Below are positions 34,643-47,950 of a stretch of 64,000 bases of DNA, one piece after another (the first letter of the stretch is position 1; each line of letters opens with the position of its first letter). Made by a program: the position numbers and the translations under genes. Below the pieces are notes generated by a model. It was not told where the DNA came from, ran no database searches, and saw only the letters and a list, made by a program, of their open reading frames with translations. This stretch comes from Antechinus flavipes (lineage: Eukaryota): assembly GCF_016432865.1 (NCBI RefSeq), contig NC_067404.1, positions 36,952,001 to 37,016,000 of the forward strand, given 5' to 3'.

Positions 34643-37600
34643 TTAGTATAGGACCAATGCTTCAAGCATGATGCCCCCTCCCCTTTCCAAACTGGTTAGC
34701 TACATGAAAGCAATGTGCTTCTGCTGCTCGCCTTTGGTTTGACTTAGAAAGGGAAGAGGAAAGGAGCCCTGACATACCACTTAAAGCATTATCTCCCCCA
34801 GTATTGGTTTCCAGCTGTTAGAATGCATTTTAGACTTAGAAAGAGAAGTCGGTTCCTATTTGGAAGCTGCAAAATGATCATTAGGCCAAGAGATGATAAG
34901 ATGTAATAGCACAGCTCTCAAGGCAGGCCAGCGAGCACCCTGATAAGTCACTTCTCTGAATCACTTCTCTAGGCGGCCAGTTGGCTCTTTAGCCGAAAAG
35001 GCCCCAAACTTGTTATTTCTTAGGTAGGGAGAATTCTTTTCATCTGTCTGCTCTCTTCTCCCAAACAGAAAGGGCAGCAGTTTCTAGCTTTCTGACTGTT
35101 TGATCTCCGGCAAGTGAACTAACGTTCCTGGTTCTCACTTCCTTTGTAGAAAAAAGAGGGGATGAGATTAGATCTCATATATACCTCTCTCTTTATGACC
35201 CCAGTTTGCAGGAATGTGTTGCAGCATTTCAAGAGTCCCTGTGAGCATGCTACTCACCAGTGCAGATTGCATCCCCTTCTACATCTTAGTATGTGGTCTT
35301 CTGATTTGTTACAGGCAAGGAAATAATTAATGATATAGCAACCAACCTTTTTTTGGAACTTCCTAAAGCTGGTCCTTGGATGACACAGACACAGTCTTGC
35401 GATTACGGCATCATAGATTTAGAGTGGACAAAGATAAGATCATCGAATTCGAGTCATAAAACATCCCTGAGGCCATTAAGTCCAACCCCCTTCATTCTAC
35501 AGTGAAGGAAATGAACACCCTAGGATTTGGGCCCTGGTCAGTCAATCCAAAAGCATCTATTGAGTGCCTGCTGTATATTCTCAGGCACTGTGCCGAGAGC
35601 TGGGTACGCCAAAATTAAACAGGCTCCACTTACCTTCGGGTAGCTGACGTCCTATCTGAGGAGAGAACACGTACATATTATAAAGTTAGGTAGTGAGAAC
35701 ATACAAAACCAGATATAAGATGGTACAGTGGGAGAGAGGAAGAGGTTGGAGTGGCTGAAGAAGGTGGGGCTCAGCTGATCCTTGTCTCCAGGCTTGGTTA
35801 GGACCCTGAAGATTTGCTTCTTTGATCACAAGGCTTGCATTATACATGGACTGGGCTAGCTGACTGCCGGCTTTCCCTTACAACCCTCTGAAGTCGGTGA
35901 TTTGTGATGCTGGGAGATTTGGCCCACCCCTGTGGGATGTAGATATTCAGCTTTGGTGGCTTCCTAACAGGAAGCTCTTGAAATGAACTGTCCAATGGGT
36001 TTCTTGGGTACTAATGTAATGGGACTGCTTCCGTCCTTGAAGGCCTCAACTATCTCTATATTTAACATGGGAGGACATTTCTGTCCAGTCGTGATAATGG
36101 AGACCTGAATTCCTTTGAGAGTCCTTTCCTCGAGTCCTCTTTTCCATTGTCATTGATGCACCCCCTCTGCATCCTCTCATCCCTGCTCCAGCCTTTCCTC
36201 CTTCCAGGCCTCGTACATGTCGGGGCTCAGTAAATCTCCCTTGCCAGATCACGCCTTACTTTCCGATGCATTGTTTCCAAAGAAAAATGACCAGTTCTTA
36301 GACCTTGAAGAAGTGGCATTTTCTGTTCCCGGTTGCGATCATCTTGTCACAAGGAAGGCACATAAAGTTTTTTTTCCTTTCTTCTCGTTGATAAGTGAAC
36401 CAAATTCAGAAGGTACCGATGATAAAGCATGTAAAGTATAGCAAGTCATTGTCCAATGATGCTTCAGTATCCTAGAGAATATCATGTTTCAATGCCCCCT
36501 TCTGAAATGGCCATTCCATATCTTTTTTGGACTTTTGCTTCTCTATTTGTAATTATTTGTCGATTTCATAACTGGCTCCTTTCTCCCCAAACTGCAATCG
36601 GACAATATTTCTTTGTTGTTTTTATCAACTGAAATGAGTTCAAAATAAATTTTGGTTTGGGTGATTTGTTGAGAATGTTACGGAATCCCTTGGTAATTAG
36701 CTATATTCAAGGTTAAGTAGAATTGGGAACTACTGGTCCCTACTGAACATTCATTTTGCAACTTTGGCCCTCTCTGTTCGTCAGCTAAATTGTAACTATA
36801 AACTCTGCTTGTTAGATAATGTTTACCACTTTGGTCCAGGAACAAGCATTTCTGTATATTACAGTTAGAAGTTAGTCAAGTGAGAGGTTTGAGTATTTTA
36901 TTAACAAGTCTAGGCAAACCTGGAGTCTTGATCATGTCCGTGAGAGACCTTATGGGGAAATCAAGAACATGGATCTACAAGTTGTCAAGATGGATCACGA
37001 AAGATAATTACAGTGGATGGACAAGAAAGGTAAATTGGGGTGCTAAGTGTTGGGGTAAGAAGGGAAGGGAAATAAGCAGAAATAAGCAAAACTGGTTGAT
37101 TTTGGTCAAGGATTAGATGGAGAGAATTGGGCTAAAGTTGGGTGAGATGAACGAAGGATTTGTGCAGAATGGGAGGCTGAGTGAGAAGGAAGTACTGACT
37201 TTTTGTCCCCTGTGTCTTAGTAGGGGCAAATACTCTCTCTCTCTCTCTCTCCCTTTCTTATTGTTTATTCTCTTTTTGGCACTTTTTTTCCTTAGTCTCT
37301 TCTCTAATCTACCTATGATATCAAGTCTAGTAACTCTTCTAGTTATAGTTCTTACTCAATTTACTGCTTTAGGCTCCTTTAATTTTTAAATGTTGATATA
37401 CATCCTACATACATGTATAAAAACACTTAGAGTAAAGCCATTGTAGTGAAACCAGAAATGAATATTTTGATAAGGAGACATGGAGAAAGATAGATGGACT
37501 AACTAGGATATATTTAGACTTTATTTCATTTTGATTAGATTGGAAAGTATAAATGTGACAGGAGTCTTCTAGAATAGCCCTCTTGTGAACTTTCATGGTG

Positions 37601-37684
37601 GTGAGATTATTATTAAGTTAGAAATTTAGCTCATAATTTGCTTGTTATTACCCAGGAAGAAAGGAAAGATGAACATGCAAGCTG

Positions 37685-38360
37685 CCAACTTGTTTTTCTC
37701 TATCTCTATCTCTCTAATACCTTCTCTCTTTCCCCTGTCTTTCTCCTTCCCTCTCTCTCCCTTTCTCTTTTCCTTTCTCCCTCTCTTCCTTCCTTGTCTT
37801 TTCTTCTTTCCTCCTTTTTCTCTTTCCCTCTCTTCCCCTCTTTCTTTTTTCTTTTCAATCATTTTTATTTTTCCAAATGCATGCAAAGATAGTTTCACCT
37901 TAGCAAAACCTTGTATTCCAAATTTTTCTCTTTCCCTCCCCCTCCCCAAGCCAGCAAGCAGTTCGATATAGGTTAAACATGTGCAGTTCTTCTGAACATA
38001 TTTCCATATTTGTCATGCTGTGCAAGAAAAATAAGATCAAAGGGGAGGAAAAACAAGAAAGGGAAAAAAACACAAGCAAACAAGGAACAATAACAAAAAA
38101 AGGTAAAAATGCTTTGATCCACATTCAGTCTCCATAGTTCTCTCTTTGGATGTGGATGGCTCGTTCCTTCACAGGTCTATTTCTTCCTCCCCCTCTTTCT
38201 TTCTTCCTCTCTCCCTTTCTTTTTCTCTCTGTCTCTGTGTCTGCTCTCCCTCTTTTTCTCTTTCTCTCCCCTCTTTCTCTTTCCTTCTTTCTCTTGTCCT
38301 CTCTTTCTCTTTCTCTCCCTCCCTCTTTCTTCTCCCCAACTCCTCCCTCCCTCTCCTCCC
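37685..38360 (-). mobile_element. L1 3' end (37850-38180) flanked on both sides by CT-rich tracts
   Basis: atttttatttttccaaatgcatgcaaagatag...gatccacattcagtctccatagttctctct, with pyrimidine tracts at ~37685-37855 and ~38180-38360. Confidence 0.85.
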
Positions 38361-39736
38361 GCCAGTGCCATCGTCTTGATTTTTGGCTGTCCAAGTCTCA
38401 CAATGAGTGAATTTTCCCTCATCCCTGAGTTGTGGGGTGAAGGGGAGATAGGAAAGTAGTTGATATTTTCACAGGGGCTTTCTACATTAATAAAACTCTG
38501 AATGGCAAAGCTTGCCTCAAACCCATTATTTTTGGGAAAGTCTACCATGATTTGGAACAAGGGAAAGGAGTGTCTTCCGGCTATTGGGAATGATTCACTT
38601 TTAAGTATTTTTTGGAAAACAATATTTTGAGGATGTCCTAAGTAACTTTTTTCCTGAGAGGAAACATACTTGATGGAAATGAAGGTTTTCCTGCTTCTGG
38701 GAAAATTACAGTAAAGATCAAATCCCATTCTGACAAACAGCATCTGAAACTGCAGTTCTAACAGCAAAAATAGAAAGTTCTAGTCAATATCTTACTTGTT
38801 CTAAACTCTATTTTAAACAAGAGAATTGTAGTACTGTAACTTTGAAAGAACTGGGACGGTACCTTGGGGTTTGTTATAATAGGATTTGGCCTGTATGTTT
38901 TCTTTTTAAAAAATCCAATTTGTAAGCTGTGGATTACAGACAGATCCAGATTTCTGGAAGTCCCAACTACTTGGTTAAACTAGAAAAACAAAACCTTTTG
39001 GGGCTCAACTCCCGATTATTAAGAACATAATTTCTCCAAATAGAGGGAGATGATATGAAGGTATCTTAGTAGAGGGCTCGACTTTTAATTGGGAGGACCT
39101 GACTTCAAACCCTACTTCAGACATTTAGTTTAATAACTTAGTGGTCCTTGGACAGTACCTTAACTTTGTTGTCCCTGAATTTTCTCACCCACAAAATGGG
39201 GATGATAGTAGCACTGATCTCCTGAGGATGTTATGAAGATCAAATATGTTAACATAGAGCACTTCGCAGACCTGAAAAGGGAATGCTGACTCTAACTATT
39301 AAGGCAACAAGGCCTTCAGAATGAGGGACCTGGCTGCCAGCTGCTTAGCCACTCTGCTGGTTCCACCATCCTGATTTCTAATCGACAAACACTTGTTAAG
39401 GGCTTACTCGGTGCCGAGCACTATGTGCCCCAAACCAGAGCAGTTTCTGCCATCAAGGAGGAATGTAATTCTAATGAAGAATGCAACATGCCTTCTAATT
39501 TGGGGCCCTCTCTGGCAGATCTTTTCACCTCCTTGATTTGCCCATTAGGCATCACCACCTGGACAGTGTTTCTTTCTGCCTCCTGGACTGTACTCACACT
39601 TGGGCTATGCAGAGTCTCTGTGTTCTCCCCTGCCTCATTGCTCCTGTACTACTGTTCCAGTCCAAGGCTCTCCCCCCTCCTTTTCCCTCTTCTTTTGCCT
39701 TCCCTTTATTTATTTGTATTTGTTTTTTAGCTTCTT

Positions 39737-40210
39737 CTTTTCTTTTTTTTAATTATAGCTTTTTATTTACAAGTTATATGCATGGGAAATTTTTCAGCAT
39801 TGACAATTGCCAATTGTCTTTGAAATTGTGTACTATTAGCCTGTGAAGGAAATCAAAAATTTAGCTTCTTATTTTCAAAACATATGCATAGTTTTCAACA
39901 TTCACCCTTGCAAAACCTTGTGTTCCAAAGTTTTTTCTCCCTCCTTTCCCCTTCCCCTTCTCCTAGACACCAAATGATCCAATATGTGTTAAACACGTGC
40001 AATTCTTCTATACATTATCCACAATTATCATGCTGCACGCACACACAAATCAGATGAAAAAGGAAAGAAAATGAGAAAGAAAACAAAAAGCAAGAAGACA
40101 ATACCAAAAAAGGATCACTATGCTGTGATCCACATTCAATCCCCATGGTCCTCTCTCTGGATGCAGATGGCTCTCTCCAACATGAGACAGTTTTTTTTGA
40201 TTGCCAATCT
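39737..40210 (-). mobile_element. Two adjacent L1 3' end fragments (~39737-39810 and ~39860-40210)
   Basis: ttatagctttttatttacaagttatatgcatggg..., then ttttcaacattcacccttgcaaaaccttgtgttcc...ctggatgcagatggctctctcc. Confidence 0.8.
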
Positions 40211-42724
40211 CTTTGTGCATCAGCTCATGTTGGTGATCTCCATTAGTCAATGACTTCCTTCTCCATCCTCTATCTTCTAGCTCTTTCTCAGGAAACACTC
40301 CCCTCACTTCTCTTCCTGGCTCCACTGGAAATGATCTTTAATCATGACTGATGAACAACTAATGAGTCACCTGTCTCAAGAAAGAAGAGACACCTAAGTG
40401 TTGGAAATGATATTAGATAGGATAATGGATCATCCAGCTCTTAGGCCCTTCGAAATCCCCACAGAGATCTCCTTCTATTCATTTCATTCTTTCCTAATTA
40501 AACCTGCTTCCCTTCAAGCATGAGTTCAAGCTAAATTTAAAAAACAACATTTCTCCACAAATTTCCTTTCAGGCAGCGGTGATCTCTTTCTGCTTCCTCT
40601 TGAACTCTTGGCTGCATGCCCCTCATGTGTACAGCACACTAGATTCTGGAGGCTTTTGATTTGTATCCCTCTCTTGTTTTCTGCCTTGTGTTGTAAGTCA
40701 GCTTAAAGAGTGATGAAGGGACCAGGCCTCACTTGTGTAAAATGGGGAGAATAATACTCCTGCTGCATCTCTTCCATTGGGTTTTGGGGAAGGAAATGCT
40801 TTGTAACCTAAAGAGGGCCCTGGAAATGTGGGCTGTTGGCCGTGTGCACCTCATCCACGGCCCTCATTTTAGGCTGCTCCATGCCTACTTATGGCTATTT
40901 CAGAGGCTCGTGGATCTAAAGCTAGCAGGGACTTGGGCGTAGGCAGTTGAAGTGACTTGTCTAAGGTCACACATGGGATTCTAGTGAGAAGAAGAGCCAG
41001 AATTTATGTCCAGATCCTCAGACTCCAAGTCCAGTATTCTTTCCTCTGTACCATGTTCCCTCTAAATTGGGTTGCTTTTCTTTGCTGTAGAGGAAGTGAT
41101 TGACTTGATGCTTTCAAGATGGCCTTTTACTGTAAGGGTTCATTTTTTGAGCTCCTTCATGGTATTATGACGCATGAGCCCCTGGGAGGGCTTGGGTGGT
41201 TTGGGCACGTTCAGAGACTGCAAATCAAGAAACGTTTCTGCTTGTCATATGGCATGGGGACATGTGCTGCCCAGCTTGATGAGAATAATTGATTCCAGAC
41301 ATTTCTTCAAAGAGAACCCTTGGGAGGCCTGCTGTGGTATGCTTTTCCACCTGGTTGTGCAACTCATTTGGTTTGCCATCTTGTTCCGACTGCAGGCCAG
41401 GTCAGCCTATGCTCTCAGAATGTCCGGTCCCAACTGCTGTGGAGGTGGGCACACAGGCTATTGGACTCTCTCTCTCTGGCATTTCAGAGATCTTATATCC
41501 TTTTACTTTCTTCTTGAGTATCACCAAGACAGAATCTTGTCAGGAAATGACTTGAATAGCCTAGAATCTTCTCCTCACAGGGCACCGACTCTTGAGTAGG
41601 CCTGGAGAAAAGTAGCATCAAAGCCTTGGGATGGGGGGAGTGTATATGTAAAGTCAGGTCCAGTGTTAAAAGAGGGAAAAAAGACCAAAGATCTCCAAAA
41701 CATGACCTTAGCTTGCTATTATTTCTTCTGAGACTATGAAATCAATGTCCCTTCCCTACCTCTCCCTACTTCTAGCTCCTTCCAAAAACAAATGAATATG
41801 AAGGCAGAAAACAGAAATTAAGAGCAAGCATTCTATGGCAGGTGGATTTTTACATCTGGAATTTGTCTGTTGGGCTGGGCAGCACATCTCCGCCTTGTGG
41901 TGAAGGGAAGGAAGAGGTTTGATTAGTGGGCATCCTGGGGCCAGGAGCTCAACATCCTACCCCTACTGATGGCAAGGGCGAAAATGGAACAGCTGGAGGA
42001 GAGGCACCAAGACTAGGAAGGGGCAGAGTCCGAGTTTCAGGTATAGAATCTGAGAGCCTGAATGGCCTTTGGGGGTGATCCAGCAGCCACGAGGGAACTG
42101 AGACCCAGAAAGAAGGGACTTTCTTAATGTCATGCAAATTTTCTTTTTTCCCAAAAGTTATATTTTTAAAAAAATGAGATTTAAAATGGAATACTTAAAT
42201 GGGAATGTCAGAGGGCAGTGAGGTTCGATGAATACTCAAGGAGGCATGAAGTCAAGAAGATCTGGCTAATGTTCCCCCTGAGATTCAGTACTGGTCATGT
42301 GAACTTGAGGAAATATTTAGCTTTACAAAGTCCAGGTCTTGTCCTTATTTTTCATTCTAAACCCCATTTCTCCCAATCCCCCCATATCATTTCAATTCAC
42401 CAAGCATCATTCTGTGTCCCTCATAGCAACACTCATGTTTTGTCATTTCTACAAAATATTGAGCTCATGAGAATGATCTCTGTATATATGGAGGGTTTCC
42501 TTCATGAAGACACGAGAAGGAAGCAAGTAGACTTTTCCAGGTGGTTTTCTGAGGTTGTCCATATCTTTATGGTCCTATAACTAAGAGAAATCGAGAGAGT
42601 AAAAAGATTTAATTTAATTTACTTTAACGAGCCTTTATTGAGTATCTCCAATGTATAAAGCATGGTTCTAGGCAGTGGGAGTACAAAGACAAAGGGAAAA
42701 ATAGCCCCCCTTTCATAAAAATAG

Positions 42725-43072
42725 CAATTTATTTTCAAAATTATGCAAAGATAGTTTTTAACATTCACTCTTTTTTTTTAAATTTTATTTTATTTAATAA
42801 TAACTTTGTATTGACAGAATCCATGCCAGGGTAATTTTTTACAACATTATCCCTTGCACTCGCTTGTGTTTCGTTTTTTTCCCCTTCCTCCCTCCACCCC
42901 CACCCCAAGATGGCAAGCAGTCCTATATATGTTTAACATTCACTCTTGCAAAACCCTGTGTTCCAAATTTTTCCCCTTCCCTTTCTCCCACCTACTCCCT
43001 TCTCCCCACCCTCTTCCCTAGATAGCAAGTAATCCAATATTGGTTAAACATGTGCAATTCTTTTATACATAA
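42725..43072 (-). mobile_element. Older L1 3' end split by a younger L1 insertion
   Basis: ttttcaaaattatgcaaagatagtttttaacattcactctt [insert] gcaaaaccctgtgttccaaatttt...gtgcaattcttttatacat. Confidence 0.85.
42773..42931 (-). mobile_element. Young 5'-truncated L1 3' end with 16-bp TSD
   Basis: TSD tttaacattcactctt at 42757-42772 and 42932-42947. Body aataactttgtattgacagaatccatgccagggtaattttttacaac. Confidence 0.9.
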
Positions 43073-45150
43073 AATAGCCTTGCTTTCAAGGGGTCTCTAG
43101 TCCAGTGAAAAGAGGTATAACATGTAAATAGATGAAGTCAGTGACTCGGTGGTGAGAAGTTTTCGTTTTGGAGGTAATGGACCTCAGTTGGATTCCTTGC
43201 TCTCCTATCAGTTACATGTCTTGGATACTTTAGCTTTCTGGATTCCATTTTCCTTACCTATAAACTTGAGGTTAGAATAGATGATCTTCCTGTTCTCAAT
43301 CTACGATCAGGTGACAAATTAGGTATTTTTGAAGAGAGAAAGACCCAGAATAAACAGGGAAGGCTTTGTGCAGGAAGTGCCTCCCAAACTGAGCCTTGAA
43401 AGAAGGAAGCTAGAGATTCCGAGTGGAGGTGAGGAGGGAGAGCCTTCCAGGTATGGTGACAGCTTGTATAAAAGCTTGTAGGCAAAAGCTAGGCAAGAGA
43501 TGGAAAACTGAACAGGAGGTGGGCTAGTTGAGCTAGATGAAGGTTCTTTTGCTGAGTGTTCTGGTTAAAGAGGCCGTCACTAGGGTGTGAATGTTTAATG
43601 TGTTTAGTCAGTGCAGGTCCAGCTGATCAGAAATCCACATCTTACAATTTTTTCCCCTTGAAAACCATAGTCAAGTGTGTGTGTGCATACTGTTAGCTAT
43701 TCAAAAATATGGATTTTTAAGGCAATAATATTAAAGCAGTCTCCACGAGTTTAATCAACTTCATAGCTACAGAAGCACACAGTTAAAGGTCATCGATTGA
43801 TTTTGATCAAGTCCCTGAGAATAGCACTAGGAAATCCATAGCACAGACAACTCTGGATGACAGTGGCTATGGGCATTCAGTGCCTGCCTCAATTCTGACA
43901 TCGTTTGCAGTATTGAGGGAAGCTTTCCACTTCCATTTCACTTTACTTCCTTGGAGACAGCATGATTTTCCATAGAATTAGGTGCACCCAGTGAAGCTCA
44001 GATTTGACCAGATAGCCAGAGAATTAAAGGGTTAGGCCCTTCTAGTATGTTAGTTAATGTGTACTAGTTAAGGAGGCACCCCCAACAGCTAACATTTAGA
44101 TAGTACTTTTAAGTTTGCGAAATACTTTACAAAGTCCATTATCTTACTGGAGCCTGACAGTAACCGTGTGAGGTAGGTGCTGCTAGAAACTGGTCTGCAG
44201 AAAAGCAAAGTGGCTCACAGCTAGCTAGTGAGTCATTTGAGGCAGGATCAGCACCCAGATCTTTTCTTCCTGACTCTAAATTTAGCACCCTGCTAAGGGA
44301 ACACCCATGCTGTCTCTTTCTTGTTTTTTTTTTTTTTTTTTAAACACCATGGAAACCAGATCCCCATAGAACTTAAAAACTATGTAGACTTCAGGAACTT
44401 TTTTTTAAAAGCCCCTATTCATATATTTAAAAAATACTAAAAGGTCATTCCGCATTGTACCATAATTAGCTTTATATTTGGCCACGTGCAGATAAGCCTG
44501 CCATTAGCAACTGGGCAAACTAACGCTGGAGTTGGGGGCTTTTAACTCTTTGGGAGGCAACTTAATAGGGAAAACAAAGGTCATGTGGGTCAATGTAAAT
44601 TGCTGCATCAGGCTAAAAATCTCTTCTGCTCAGGATCTTTAATGGGTCATATATTTGGGGATACTTCGGGGAAAAGCAAGGGATTGGTCAGCTATAAAGA
44701 CCAAGCAGAAAAACTCAGTTCCTGTTTCCTCATTTTTCCCCCTCCGTGCCGAGAGCATGGCAGTTCTTAAGATGAACCATGAGTAAATCACGGATAGACA
44801 CAAAAGGAGCTGGGGAATCTTTGGCAGTTTCCTTAACATTTAGGCTGGTTCTCCAGCTTTGGGACTCAGAAGTTTGTTTATGAAGTATAGACTTTGAACT
44901 GGAAAGGAGCTCTGAGGCCATCCAGTACAGACCCACACAGAAGACACTCAGAAACGATTTGTTGACTTATCGTATTTATACTTTTCTTCACTTTTTGATA
45001 TTTAAGAAAGCGTGCACCGGGAAAAACCCCATATACAATCCATGTAGCAACCAAGTGGCAGATCTAGGATTCAAATCCAGGACATTGGATGATCAGTTTG
45101 GAGCTGGAAGGGACCTGGAAAATCATGGAGTCCAACAGTTGCCCTCATTT

Positions 45151-45730
45151 TAAAAAATTTCATTAAAACATTTTTATTTTCCACATACATGTAAAGATAG
45201 TTTTGTTTTTGTAAGATTTTGTGTTCCAGATTTTTCTCCTCCCCCCCTCCCCAAGATAAAAAGTAATCTGATATAGGTTGAATATGTGTAATTTTAAAAA
45301 CAAGAGGAAAAAACCACGAGAAAGAAAAAAAAATGAAAATACCATGTTTAGGTCCACATTCAGTCTCCAAAGTTGTCTCTCTGGATTGGGATGGCATTTT
45401 CCATCCCCACTTTACTGGAATAGCCTCGAATCACCTCATTGTTGAAAAGAGCCAAGTCTATCACAGTTGACCATCGTATAGTCTTGTTGTCACTGTGTGT
45501 AAGGATCTCCTGGTCCTGCTCACTTCACTCAGCATCAGTTCACGAAAGCCTCTCTAAGCCTTTCTGAGATCATCCTGCTGATCGTTTCTTAGAGAACAGT
45601 AATATTCCATAACATTCACATACTATAACCTATTCATCTATTCCAGTTCCTTGCCATTATAAAAAGGGCTACTATATACATTTTTATACATGTGGGCCCT
45701 TTCCTCTTTTTTATGCTCTTATTTTAGCAC
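45151..45730 (-). mobile_element. ~580-bp L1 3' fragment inserted into a MIR3-type SINE
   Basis: TSD ccctcattt at 45142-45150 and 45731-45739. The SINE (gagctggaagggacc... / acagaggaaggaggagaggctcagag) resumes on both sides. Confidence 0.85.
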
Positions 45731-46769
45731 CCCTCATTTACAGAGGAAGGAGGAGAGGCTCAGAGAGGGGAAAAATTATTTATCCAAGATCACACAGATT
45801 ATTAGTAGAGTGCCAGGCTTGGGATTCAGATATTTATGTTCTTTCACTCTAGGGTGAATGTTTCTTTCACATCCACACCAGGATGCTTCCTGTTTAGGAC
45901 CCAAGGTTCGAAATGGCTATTTTCCTTTTTGCTTTGAATGTTTTTAACCCTCGGAATTGTTGAATAAAATGTTGAAATTTAGAAAGCCATTTCCTGGTGA
46001 AGTTGATGAGAGGAAAATATAGTGCCACATGAAGAAGGAGAAGAAAGAATGCAGTAGATTTCAGAGGTCATTGGTAGGTTGAAACTGCAGTCCCTAAACA
46101 CTAGTAGTTTTTTATCGGGGATCTGAGTAAATTTGGTCAAAGGTAAGTTGAATGTGGAATATTGCATAGGCAGTATTTATTTTACTGCTTATTGTGAAAC
46201 TGATAAATTCTATGGCCTCTCAATTTTCAAATAGCCTTCTCGGGCTTTTTGGAATAGATAGATAGCAATACTTTTAACTACTGTGGATTATGTGACTTGT
46301 ATCAATCAAACTCTTGTTCCCTTCTAACCAAACAAGTAAAACCAATCCATTCATTGCCTTGGTCTGATGGTATTTGTAGCATTCTATACCCAGAGCCCCC
46401 TACTTCTCTACCAAAATGAGGATTTCTTTTTAGCAAGCTTGATGCTTGCTACCACTTACTAGCTAAATGACTTGGCAAATCTTGTCCTCTTTTGGATCCT
46501 TCAGTGTCCTCATCTCTAAAGTGAAGAGTGGGTTATATGATCTGTGAATGTTGTAGGCTTCTTTGAAAGAGCTAAAGATCTGGGGAAATCTTCAGTTTTC
46601 AGAAGGCAGGGCAGAAGATATTAATCATATGAAAAAATTTAGAGCTGGAAGGCATCTCAGACATCACCTCATCCAAATACTGTATTTTGTAGTTGAGGAA
46701 AGTAAGGTTCAGAGAGAGGTTAAGTGACTTGACTCATAAGTCATCTTGGTAGAAAAGTCGACATTTGAG

Positions 46770-46910
46770 GACAGCTAGATGGTACAATAGACAAAGCTTT
46801 GGGCCTAGAGTCAGGAGGACCTGAGTTTAAATTCAGCCTCAGACACTTAATACTTATGAACTGTGTGATCCTGGGCAAGTTACTTAACCCCTAATGCCTC
46901 ACCAAAAAAG
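46770..46910 (+). mobile_element. WSINE1-type SINE inside an opposite-strand MIR
   Basis: ggacagctagatggtacaatagac...gagtcaggaggacctgagtttaaattcagcctcagacacttaatac...gcctcaccaaaaaa. Confidence 0.8.
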
Positions 46911-47704
46911 TCAGAAGAAAAGATAGCATTTGAACTCGGGTCCTCTTAGTCCAGATCCATCATCCGTTCTTCTGCCATTCTTCCCTAGTCATCAGTTACA
47001 GCAAACATTTCTTTTAAGAGATTAAAAATCCACCCTTTGTTGTATGACTATAAGAGACATAATGGCCCGGTGGTCAGAGAATTAGATTCCAAATCGGGAA
47101 AACTTGTGCTCATACCTTACCGGTGATACTTACCAACTCATTTAAGCTTACTGAGACTTGGTTTTCTGTTCTGTGAAATGGAGATAATAAGAGTACCTAT
47201 GTCACGGGGCTGTGGTGAGGATGCATTAAGATAATGTGTGGAAAATGCTTCGGAGACATTAAGGTCATATGTAAATATGAGTTGTTACTATTGTTGCCTC
47301 TGGCAATTAAAGGTTGATTCAATTGAGGGAAAATAAGATTTCAAATCAATAATTAGGTTGTCAAAGTTTTTGTATTTGAAAAGCACTAAAAGGGAAATGC
47401 TCACTCACAATGAATCTGCCAAAGTGGATGAAACCAGGCCTGATTCATATGACAGGCCCACAAGATAAGCTAGGTCATAATTTTAGAACAAAGCCTTTGT
47501 AAACAAAATCTTTCAGAGCAATAAGACATAGAAAATTAACCATCACCATTTGAACCTGAATAGACAGAAACAAACACAATTTATTTACATTTTTAAAAAT
47601 CTCACTTGTCTTACTGTTGGATTGTTAGCAATTACCACTGCAGTTTCTTGGCAGATGCAGCTTTATAGCTGGGAGGGACCTTTGAGGTCATATCCACCTT
47701 CCTC

Positions 47705-47950
47705 ATTTTATTTTCTTTTCATTTTTTATTTTTAATACCTTTTTATTTTTCCAAATAAACACAAAGATAGTTTTCAACAGTCACCTTTGCAAAACCTTGT
47801 GTTCCAGATTTTTCTTCCTTCTCTCCACCCCCTCCCACGGACAGCAAGCAATCCAATATATGTTAAACAGGTGCAATTCTTTTAAATGTATTTCCATATT
47901 TGTCATGCTGTGCAAGAAAAATCAGATCAAGAGGTGAAAGAAAACATGAT
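47705..47950 (-). mobile_element. L1 3' end inserted in a MIR3-type SINE
   Basis: tttttattttccaaataaacacaaagatagttttcaacagtcacctttgcaaaaccttgtgttcc...gtgcaagaaaaatcagatc. Confidence 0.8.

Noticed and set aside
37626-38410. Cluster of E/R/K-rich and S/L/F-rich ORFs
   Set aside because: Translations of CT/GA tracts and an L1 3' UTR.
44483-44495. Adjacent E-box (CACGTG) and GATA site
   Set aside because: The 1-nt spacing and E-box type do not fit the TAL1-GATA1 composite (CAGNTG-N8/9-WGATAA).
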